This document shows, piece after piece, positions 1-7,457 of a stretch of 39,259 nt of DNA (its first letter is position 1; the number at the start of each line of letters is the position of its first letter). The translations under genes were made by a program, and so were the position numbers. Origin of the DNA: an uncultured Gemmatimonas sp. (GTDB lineage: Bacteria; Gemmatimonadota; Gemmatimonadetes; Gemmatimonadales; Gemmatimonadaceae). Below the pieces are notes generated by a model, which was not told the origin of the DNA, did no database searches, and saw only the letters and a program-made list of their open reading frames with translations. Location: NCBI GenBank assembly GCA_964526485.1, contig CAZGIE010000003.1:1-39259 (forward strand), in the 5' to 3' direction.

Positions 1-965
1 TGCGCGATGCTCGTCCGGCCGGTCATCCCGGTGAAGCTCGCGAGCGGGATCTTGAAGCGAACCCACGAGCCGGTGGCGAGGGCGGGGGTCGAGGTCGTGC
101 TGAAGGTCAGCTCGTGCTCCGTATCATCCCCACCGCCGAAGGTACCGCCGGCGCCCCAGTCGACGAGCTTGACCTTGAACGTGGAGGTCCCCGAGACCAG
201 GGTCGGCGTCCACAGGTCGAAGTTGAAGTGCGTCATCGCCGACCCGTTCACCGGCGTCGCGGGCTCGATGCCCGCGAACACCAGGTTCGAGTACTTCTTG
301 AGGTTATCGCTCCCGATCGTGACGTCGGTCACGTCCGCCTGATCCCAGTCCGTCGACCAGTTGGTGTTCGGGCGGTTCGTGAAGGCATTGCTGAAGAGGG
401 AGATCACCGAACCCGCCGGGTTCGTCGGGGTCGCGGCGGAGACCGTCGGGCCCGGCGGCGGCGGGATCTTGTAGAAGTAGACGTTGTCGAGATACGCCGT
501 CGGGCTCCCCGAGATGATCATCTGGGCCAGCTTGCCCCGCGTCGTGAGGCCGGTGAAGGCCGAGAACGGAATGTCGATCGAGTTCCAGGTCCCCGTGGCG
601 ATCGATGGCGAGGACGTGGTGTTGAGCGTCACCTCATGCTCCTTGTCATCCCCGCCCCCGAAGACCCCGTTGGCACCGAAGTCGACGAGCTTGACCTTGA
701 AGCCTGCCGCCTGCGTTACCCAGAGGTCGAGGTGCAGCCCGGTCATCTGCGTCGCGTCGATCGGCGTGGTGGTGAACTCGATCCCCGCGTACGACAGGTT
801 CGTGTACTTCTTCGCGGCGTTGCCGGCGATGCTGACATCCGCAACGTCGGCGACGTCCCAGACCGCCGACCAGGTGTCGACGGCACGATTCGTGTACGCC
901 CCGCTGAACAGCGAGATGACGTCCGCGGCGAGCCGCGAGGGGGTCGGGGCTGCGACGGTCGGCGG
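1..965 (-). repeat. Intragenic tandem domain duplication (~515-520 nt period)
   Basis: Identical 22-mer AGTCGACGAGCTTGACCTTGAA at 158-179 and 680-701. Protein motifs are colinear in both units and a Pro-rich linker (PPPPGPT) separates them. Confidence 0.85.
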
Positions 966-1817
966 CGCGGCCGCCGAGAGCACGATGCTGCCGGACGCCG
1001 AGACGGCGCCAAGGCTGCCGGTGATGGTTGCCGCACCCGGCGCAGCGACGCTGATCACGCCGTTCGTGACCGTCGCGACGGCGGTGTTCGACGAGCTGAA
1101 GGTGAAGTACCCGGCGGAGGCCGCGACGGTCTGATCGACCCCGCCCACGGCCACGGTGAGCGTCGTGCCGACGATCGTCCGAGAGTCCCCGACCTCCTGC
1201 TCGTACGTCCCAGCCGCGATCGCCGGCCGCGGGTTCGTCACCGTCCCGAGCCTCTCATACTGGATGTCGTCGAGCCAAAGCGTGTACCCCTTCCCCGCCT
1301 CGGGGCCCTCGGCGAAGAAGAAGAGCCCCTTCTCCTCGGAAAGCTTCGACGCGAGCGGGATCGCGATCGTGAACTTCTGCCAGGCCGTCGTCAGGGCGAG
1401 TGCGGTGCGCTCCGCCGTGTACTTCGAGGTGCCCGTGTTGTCGTTGCCCAAGCCAGCGACGTCCAGCGTCGCCGCGACGCTCGCCTTGGCCCAGAACGAA
1501 ATGACGTCATATCCGGTGAGGTCGCGCGAGATGTCCGAGACGAACGCGCCGCCCGAGTACCCGGCGTTCGGGTCGCCGGCATCCGGAATAGTGATCTTGA
1601 GCGACGCCGATCCGCGGTACTTCACCGCATTGTCGATCGACATCGCCGTCAACAGCGAGCCTTGGAAGGCCTGCCACGAGACGCCCTCGCCGAAACCGTC
1701 GGTGAAGACCTTGGGGTCGTTGGGCTGCGGCGCGGGGCCGGTGCCGCCCTCACGTTCACAGGCGGTGAGGGACAGGACGGCCGCGAGCAGCGCGGCGGAG
1801 AGGCGGGGGGCACGCAT
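1..1817 (-). CDS. Multidomain lipoprotein, likely surface glycan (beta-glucan)-binding protein: N-terminal carbohydrate-binding-like domain, Ig-like (Big_2) domain and at least 2 tandem ~170-aa repeats; runs off the left edge
   Basis: Absent from the ORF track because it has no stop in the window; translated by hand. ATG at 1817 with GGAG 6 nt upstream. MRAPRLSAALLAAVLSLTAC carries a lipobox. FSSSNTAVATVTNG is an Ig-like motif. Repeats read DVISLFSGAYTN...FKVKLVDFGANGVFGGGDD and SVISLFSNAFTN...FKVKLVDWGAGGTFGGGDD. The frame is open to position 1. Confidence 0.85.
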   Translation of the reverse strand, partial: MRAPRLSAALLAAVLSLTACEREGGTGPAPQPNDPKVFTDGFGEGVSWQAFQGSLLTAMSIDNAVKYRGSASLKITIPDAGDPNAGYSGGAFVSDISRDLTGYDVISFWAKASVAATLDVAGLGNDNTGTSKYTAERTALALTTAWQKFTIAIPLASKLSEEKGLFFFAEGPEAGKGYTLWLDDIQYERLGTVTNPRPAIAAGTYEQEVGDSRTIVGTTLTVAVGGVDQTVAASAGYFTFSSSNTAVATVTNGVISVAAPGAATITGSLGAVSASGSIVLSAAAPPTVAAPTPSRLAADVISLFSGAYTNRAVDTWSAVWDVADVADVSIAGNAAKKYTNLSYAGIEFTTTPIDATQMTGLHLDLWVTQAAGFKVKLVDFGANGVFGGGDDKEHEVTLNTTSSPSIATGTWNSIDIPFSAFTGLTTRGKLAQMIISGSPTAYLDNVYFYKIPPPPGPTVSAATPTNPAGSVISLFSNAFTNRPNTNWSTDWDQADVTDVTIGSDNLKKYSNLVFAGIEPATPVNGSAMTHFNFDLWTPTLVSGTSTFKVKLVDWGAGGTFGGGDDTEHELTFSTTSTPALATGSWVRFKIPLASFTGMTGRTSIA

Positions 1818-1877
1818 GGGACACTCCAGGAGAGGGGATCCGAACACCACCCAATGACAGGGCGCAGAGCGCCCCGC

Positions 1878-1898
1878 TTTGTTCGACTGCCGAACAAA
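1878..1898. promoter_or_regulatory. Palindromic operator TTTGTTCG-N5-CGAACAAA (ROK/XylR-type repressor site)
   Basis: Perfect 8-bp AT-rich inverted repeat abutting the -10 element on its downstream side. It resembles TTTGTT-N-AACAAA operators of ROK-family sugar repressors; the family assignment is inference. Confidence 0.7.
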
Positions 1899-1926
1899 CA
1901 ATGCGGCTGGCCTGCTACGCTGTCAA
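1898..1926 (-). promoter_or_regulatory. Sigma70-type promoter for the lipoprotein gene
   Basis: Minus strand TTGACA (1926-1921), exactly 17 nt spacer, then CATTGT (1903-1898), about 80 nt upstream of the ATG. Confidence 0.7.
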
Positions 1927-1929
1927 GAC

Positions 1930-1969
1930 ATGGCGGCCCCCGCCCCGGAGCCGGGACGGAGGCCGCCAT
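1930..1969 (-). terminator. Long GC hairpin downstream of the VPS10 gene (terminator-like)
   Basis: ATGGCGGCC...GGCCGCCAT stem of about 18 bp. Its two C/A mismatches become G-U pairs only on the minus strand. The U-tract is weak. Confidence 0.55.
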
Positions 1970-2027
1970 CGGAACACCCACCGGGAGGCCGGGTGCAGGG
2001 GATTCCGCCGCCGGCCCGGTTTCGGGC

Positions 2028-5000
2028 TCAGGGCACGATCGCCGGCGCCCCCCCGACGTGGGAGATCCCCTTCTGCCGCAGCAGCGCGTTCAGCGCGGCG
2101 AGATCACTCCCCAACGCGGCGTCGAGCGCGGTGAGGTGCTCCCGGAGTTGCTGGCCGAGGATCCCCTGCACCTCCACCTGCTGGTCGGTCGGGCGGAAAT
2201 CGGCGTTGCCGAGCCCGTTCGCCAGGTACCCCAGCTTCCCGATCAGCTTGCTCCCGAAGCGAACCCCGTCCTGGCCGTTTCCGGTCAGTCGGAGGTCCAC
2301 CAGGTTCATCTCGATCTCCACCAGCTTCGCGCCGAGGGCCTGTGCCGCGCGGCGGACCTCGGTGTCAGTCACCGCGCGACCGAGGGCGTCGAGTTGCACC
2401 CGCACCGACTCGATCCGGGCGACGGCGTCGGCCGCCCGATCCATCTCGGTGCGGATCGCCGCGGTCATCCGGAGCTGCTGTTCGATCTCCGCCACCGTGC
2501 CCGACGAGTTCGGGTCCTTCCGGACCTCGAGGGACCGGGTCTGCGTGGCCCCACCGACGGTCAGACGGACGGTGTACGTGCCGGGCGCCATCAGCAGGGA
2601 GATGCGGGCCGTTCCGGGGGCCTCACGCCCCTCCGCCGGCACCACGACATCGGGGACGTACATCGGCGGCGTGAGGAGCCGGACGACCTTCCCCGGCTCG
2701 TCGCGCAGATCCCAGTGGAGCCGGTTGATCCCCGCGGCGTTCGGACCCCGGAGCGTGCGGACGACACGCCCCGCCGCGTCGAGGATCTCGACCTTCGGCG
2801 CCTCGGCCGCCGGCGCCTTCAGCCAGTAGTTGATCGACGCGCCATACTGGGGGTCCTCCCCCGTGGTCGGGTCGTCGTAAGTGCTCGACGGCGCGGTGAT
2901 GTTCCGGAAGCGGTAGGCCGCCCGAGGCTCGAAAAGATGCGCGGCCGCCCCCATCACCTCGGGGGTCAGCTGCTGTAACGGCGTCACGTCGTCGAGGATG
3001 TAGAAGCCGCGCCCGTAAGTGGAGATGACCAGATCGTTGAAGTGGGTCTGCACCTGGATGCCGGAGACCGGGGCCGCCGGGAGGTCGGTCTGCAGCGGCA
3101 GCCAGCTCTCCCCCGCGTCGAACGAGACATAGATGCCGTTCTCGAGCCCGAGATAGAGCAACCCGCGCCGGACCGGATCCTCGAGGATGACCTTGGCGTA
3201 GCTCAGGTTGTTCCGCGGGAGACCGGCGGTGATCGCCTTCCACGTACGGCCGTAGTCCGTGGTGCGGTAGACGAACGGGTCACGGTTGTTCACCTGATGG
3301 AAATCGACCGTCAGGTACGCCGTCGCCGCGTCGTACTTCGACGGGTGGATGCTCCGCACCGAGCCCCAGACGGGCAGGTTCGGGAGGTTCTTCGTGAGGT
3401 TGGTCCACGTCTTCCCATCGTCCCGCGTGAGCTGGACGAGGCCGTCGTTGGTCCCCACCCAGATCGTGCCCTGCTCCAGCGGGGACTCGGCGATCGCGTA
3501 GACCACCCCGGCGTACTCGACGCCGATGTTGTCGGGGGTCAGGCCACCGGAGCTCCCCATCCGCGAGCGGTCGTTGAGCGTCAGGTCCGGCGAGATGACC
3601 TCCCAGCTCTGCCCGCCGTTGCGGGTGCGGTGCACGTGCTGACTCCCCGTGTAGACCGTGTTGTGGTCGTGCGGGGAGATGGTCAGCGGCGCATCCCAGA
3701 CGAAGCGGTACTTCACGCCCTCCGCCGGTCCATTTGACTGCTGCGGCCAGACCTCCACGGTCCGGAACTGGCGCCGGTCCTCCTCGAAGCGCACGACGAT
3801 GCCGCCCACCATGCCGGAGCCCGACGCCGTCGACCAGATGATGTTCGGGTCGACCGGGTCCGGCGTGGCCCACCCGCTCTCGCCACCGCCCACGGCGTGC
3901 CACATCCCGCGGAGGATCCGCCCACCAGCGAGGCGCGAGTTGCTCGGCCCACGGTAGGTCGGCTCGTCCTGCTTGTTGCCCAGGACGTTGTACGGGATGT
4001 TGTTGTCGACCGTGACGTGGTAGATCTGCGCATTGCTCAGCCGCTGACGGAACCAGCTGCGCCCGCGGTTCTGCGTGATCGAGAGCCCCTGGTCGTGCGC
4101 CACGATCTGGCGGTCGGGGTTCGTCGGATCGATCCAGATGTCGTGGTGGTCGCCGCCCGGCGCGCGACCACGGCCGATCACCTCGACGGTGCGCCCGCCG
4201 TCGATCGTCTTCGCATACGACGCGGTCAGGAAGTAGGCCTCATCCGGATCATCCGGGGCGACCGCCATCCGCGAGTAGTAGTGCGCGCGCCCCATCACGT
4301 TGCGGTCGCGACTGACGAGCGCCCAGCGCCGGCCGCCGTCCTCCGACCGCCAGAGCTGCCCGCTCTCCGTCTCCTGCCCGTTCCACGGGATCCCGTCGCC
4401 GGTCTCGATCATCACGTAGACGCGGTTCGGGTCCGATGGCGAGAGGCCGAGCGCCACCTTGCCGTGCGGCTTGGTGGGAAGGCCGTTGCCGCGGAGGCGC
4501 GTCCAGGTGACGCCACCGTCGCGCGAGACGAAGAGCCCGCTCCCGGGGCCGCCGCTGGTGCGCCCCCAAGTGTGGATCTCGATCTGCCACATCCCCGCGA
4601 AGAGGACGCGCGGGTTCGTCGCGTCCATCGCGAGATCGGAGCAGCCCGTGTTCTCGTCGACGAAGAGCACACGCGTCCAGGTGGCGCCGCCGTCGGTGGT
4701 GCGATAGACGCCCCGCTCCTGCTGCGGACCGTAGGCGTGCCCGAGCGCGCAGGCGAGGACCACATCGGGATCGGTGGGATGGATGACGATCCGCGCGATC
4801 CGCGCCGTCTTCTCGAGCCCCATCAGCTGCCAGCTCTCGCCACCATCGGTGGACTTATAGATGCCCTGTCCGACCGAGATGTGGCTCCGGATGTGCGCTT
4901 CGCCGGTCCCGGCCGAGACGACGTGGCGGTCGGCGCGGGCGACGGCGAGGGCGGCGATCGCCTGCACCGGGTGCGCGTCGAAGGTGGGACGCCAGTTCAC

Positions 5001-5261
5001 GCCGCCATCGGTGGTCTTCCAGACGCCGCCCGAGGCGGAGCCGACGAAATAGGTGAGCGGGTCACCGACGACACCGGCGGCGGCGGCGAAGCGGTTCCCC
5101 TCGGGCCCGATGTTGCGCCAGTGGAGCGATCGCCAGTGGTCCGCGGCGGGGCGCACCGCCGACGCGGCGGGCGATGGCTGCGCGCCTCCGTCTGCGGCGG
5201 AGAGGAGGGAGAGGGCCGCCAGCAGGACCAGCGGGCGGGCGATCAGGCGGGACGAACGCAT
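2028..5261 (-). CDS. Secreted VPS10/sortilin-like BNR (Asp-box) beta-propeller protein (often annotated 'glycosyl hydrolase BNR repeat')
   Basis: 1077 aa with signal peptide. Motifs WRNIGP, many S/TxDGGxxW Asp-boxes, GDHHDIWIDP, GGGESG and ISPDLT. C-terminal Ig-like and helical region. Confidence 0.9.
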   Translation of the reverse strand: MRSSRLIARPLVLLAALSLLSAADGGAQPSPAASAVRPAADHWRSLHWRNIGPEGNRFAAAAGVVGDPLTYFVGSASGGVWKTTDGGVNWRPTFDAHPVQAIAALAVARADRHVVSAGTGEAHIRSHISVGQGIYKSTDGGESWQLMGLEKTARIARIVIHPTDPDVVLACALGHAYGPQQERGVYRTTDGGATWTRVLFVDENTGCSDLAMDATNPRVLFAGMWQIEIHTWGRTSGGPGSGLFVSRDGGVTWTRLRGNGLPTKPHGKVALGLSPSDPNRVYVMIETGDGIPWNGQETESGQLWRSEDGGRRWALVSRDRNVMGRAHYYSRMAVAPDDPDEAYFLTASYAKTIDGGRTVEVIGRGRAPGGDHHDIWIDPTNPDRQIVAHDQGLSITQNRGRSWFRQRLSNAQIYHVTVDNNIPYNVLGNKQDEPTYRGPSNSRLAGGRILRGMWHAVGGGESGWATPDPVDPNIIWSTASGSGMVGGIVVRFEEDRRQFRTVEVWPQQSNGPAEGVKYRFVWDAPLTISPHDHNTVYTGSQHVHRTRNGGQSWEVISPDLTLNDRSRMGSSGGLTPDNIGVEYAGVVYAIAESPLEQGTIWVGTNDGLVQLTRDDGKTWTNLTKNLPNLPVWGSVRSIHPSKYDAATAYLTVDFHQVNNRDPFVYRTTDYGRTWKAITAGLPRNNLSYAKVILEDPVRRGLLYLGLENGIYVSFDAGESWLPLQTDLPAAPVSGIQVQTHFNDLVISTYGRGFYILDDVTPLQQLTPEVMGAAAHLFEPRAAYRFRNITAPSSTYDDPTTGEDPQYGASINYWLKAPAAEAPKVEILDAAGRVVRTLRGPNAAGINRLHWDLRDEPGKVVRLLTPPMYVPDVVVPAEGREAPGTARISLLMAPGTYTVRLTVGGATQTRSLEVRKDPNSSGTVAEIEQQLRMTAAIRTEMDRAADAVARIESVRVQLDALGRAVTDTEVRRAAQALGAKLVEIEMNLVDLRLTGNGQDGVRFGSKLIGKLGYLANGLGNADFRPTDQQVEVQGILGQQLREHLTALDAALGSDLAALNALLRQKGISHVGGAPAIVP

Positions 5262-5333
5262 CGGAACCTCGACCGGAGGGTGGATGCGCAGAGGTTACCG
5301 CCCGCCACGTCGCGCGGGAAGATGCGCCCGAGC

Positions 5334-7334
5334 CTACGGCCGCACGCGGGCGAAGCGCACGTCGCGGGTGCGCCCGTTGGCGGCGTAGAACCCGATGACC
5401 TCCCCGTTCCGGTCGCGCTCGAACGCCAGCGTTAGGGTGCGCCCCTCGAAGGTGTCGATGCGATCCACGGCGGTGAGCCGCGCGTCCGGGTGTCGGCGCT
5501 GGCGCAGCCAGAGCGTATCCCCGCGTTGCTCGATGGTCATCGCGGACTCGAGCTCATCGCTCCAGTATCGCCCCACGAAGGCGGCGAGCGCCCGGCCGGT
5601 CGGCGCGAACACCGGGGCGTCCGGGAGACGCGTCGCCGGCTGCTCCCCACCCTGCTGCAGCGTCAGCCCGACGACGCGACCGGCGGCGTCGCGACGGAAG
5701 CGCAACGCCGCCGCCACGCCCGTGAGGGCGAAGCTCGAGTCGGAGGTCGCCACGAGGCCGACCCGCGGCTGCCCCGTGGCCTGCAGGAAGCGCGCGCTCC
5801 CCTCACGGAAGATCCGGATGACGAAGGCCGGCGCCGCATCGAGCGCGTAGCGCCCCGCGAAGGCGTCGAAGCGGTCGTCCGTCATCCGCGCCGCATCGTA
5901 CGCCCCACCCGCCGTCCCACCCGCCGCAGCGGGGGCCGCCGCCGTCATCGCGTCGGCGAAGAACGCCGCGGCGATGTCGAACGCCACGGCGGACGCGAAC
6001 CCGGCATCGTTGCTCTGCACCGAGACCCCGCCGCGGATCGTCGGATACAGCGCGAGCATCGAGCGGTGCGCGACGTCGGCCCCGCCGTGCTGGATGCGCC
6101 GCAGTCCCCGCTGCTCATCGATGAAGACCCCCATCCCGTAGTCGGAGCGCTTGCCATCGCTCAGGCGGCCGTTGGTCGTCATCGCGTCGAAGATCGCCCG
6201 CGACCCGATCCGCGGCGTCGCGGCCAGCATGTTCTCGCTCCACCGCTGCAGATCCTCGACGGTCGTATAGATGCCGCCGGCGCCGAGGGCACCGCCGAGG
6301 TCGATCGCCTCCGCATACCCAGTGGCGCGGGCGACGTAGCCCGTCGCGGCATGCGGGACGATGGTCACCCGATCGGCGCGGGCCATCGACCGTGTCATCC
6401 CGAGCGGCACGAAGACCTCGTCCCGAAGGAAGTCAGGGAAGCTCTTCCCCGACGTGCGCTCCACGATCAGCGCCGCGAGACCGAACGCGGTGTTGTTGTA
6501 GTTGAACTCCGCGCCCGGCGCGTTCTGCAGCTTCGGCTGCCGTTGCACGATGGTGAGCAGCTCGCCCCGATCGATCAGATCCTCCCCCACCTGGCGGTCC
6601 GACATCAGGAGGAGGTTCAGGAACTCCCGCAGCCCCGACTGGTGCGTGATGAGGTGCCGCACGCGCACGGTGTCCCCGAGGTCGGGGAGCTCCGGCAGGT
6701 GTCGGCGGATGTCATCCTCGAGCGAGAGCTTCCCGCGCTCGGCCTGCAGGAGCACGGCGAAGGCGGTGAACTGCTTGGAGGTGGACCCGATGTTGGTCGG
6801 GGTGTCGGTCCGGTACGGGATCCCGTGCCGGAGGTCGGCCATCCCGAACCCCTTCGAATAGAGGACGCGCCCCTCCCGCCAGACGCGGACCTCGCCGCCC
6901 GGCACACCGGGCGCATCGTAGCGCGCCAGCAGTTGATCCACCCGCCGTGCGGCCTCCTTGGCCAGCGGTTCCTGGCGCAAGAGGGTGAGCGCGAAGGCCG
7001 CGGCGCGCCCGGAGGGCGCCGTCACTTCGAGGATCGCGGCACCCGTGTCCGCGGTGACCATGGCGAACCGCAACGCCCCGACCCCCGGCCCTTCGAAGCG
7101 CGCACGCGGCCGCCCACCGCCGGCGAGGAACCGCACCGCGAGGGGTTGATCGGACTGGGTCACGCTCCCGAGGAGGAAGGTGCTGTCGCGGAGCGTGAGC
7201 GCGAATCGCGCGGTGTCGCCCGCGGCCAGTCGGCCGCTGACCGTCGCACCGGCGCGGAGGGGCGTGGGGGACGGCTGGGCTGGGAGCGCGACGGCGAGGC
7301 CGGCGACCGCGAGGAGGGCGTGACGGAGGGACAT
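5334..7334 (-). CDS. Secreted serine hydrolase, beta-lactamase class C/AmpC-like fold, with C-terminal accessory domains
   Basis: 666 aa with signal peptide. IGSTSKQF (SxxK), LITHQSG, FNYNNTAF (YxN), PLGM and HGG. Confidence 0.9.
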   Translation of the reverse strand: MSLRHALLAVAGLAVALPAQPSPTPLRAGATVSGRLAAGDTARFALTLRDSTFLLGSVTQSDQPLAVRFLAGGGRPRARFEGPGVGALRFAMVTADTGAAILEVTAPSGRAAAFALTLLRQEPLAKEAARRVDQLLARYDAPGVPGGEVRVWREGRVLYSKGFGMADLRHGIPYRTDTPTNIGSTSKQFTAFAVLLQAERGKLSLEDDIRRHLPELPDLGDTVRVRHLITHQSGLREFLNLLLMSDRQVGEDLIDRGELLTIVQRQPKLQNAPGAEFNYNNTAFGLAALIVERTSGKSFPDFLRDEVFVPLGMTRSMARADRVTIVPHAATGYVARATGYAEAIDLGGALGAGGIYTTVEDLQRWSENMLAATPRIGSRAIFDAMTTNGRLSDGKRSDYGMGVFIDEQRGLRRIQHGGADVAHRSMLALYPTIRGGVSVQSNDAGFASAVAFDIAAAFFADAMTAAAPAAAGGTAGGAYDAARMTDDRFDAFAGRYALDAAPAFVIRIFREGSARFLQATGQPRVGLVATSDSSFALTGVAAALRFRRDAAGRVVGLTLQQGGEQPATRLPDAPVFAPTGRALAAFVGRYWSDELESAMTIEQRGDTLWLRQRRHPDARLTAVDRIDTFEGRTLTLAFERDRNGEVIGFYAANGRTRDVRFARVRP

Positions 7335-7457
7335 CGGAGGGATGGTGTTCTTTCAGATGAGGGACGTCGACGCCGACCGGCGCACGCAGTGGACGCAGCC
7401 GGGCAGCGGGCCGTTGAGAGGTTACCGCCGACCGATGTGACCGGTAAGATGGACGCC

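Noticed and set aside
114-2978. 954-aa plus-strand ORF, and other long Arg/Gly/Pro-rich ORFs such as 7461-10481, 16425-18839, 27603-29810 and 34586-36955
   Set aside because: Antisense shadows of well-supported genes in high-GC DNA, with no recognisable motifs.
5490-7457. N-terminal 650 aa of the 1499-aa ORF, suggesting a giant three-part protein
   Set aside because: This part is mostly the antisense of the 5334-7334 hydrolase. The real start with signal peptide is at 7458.
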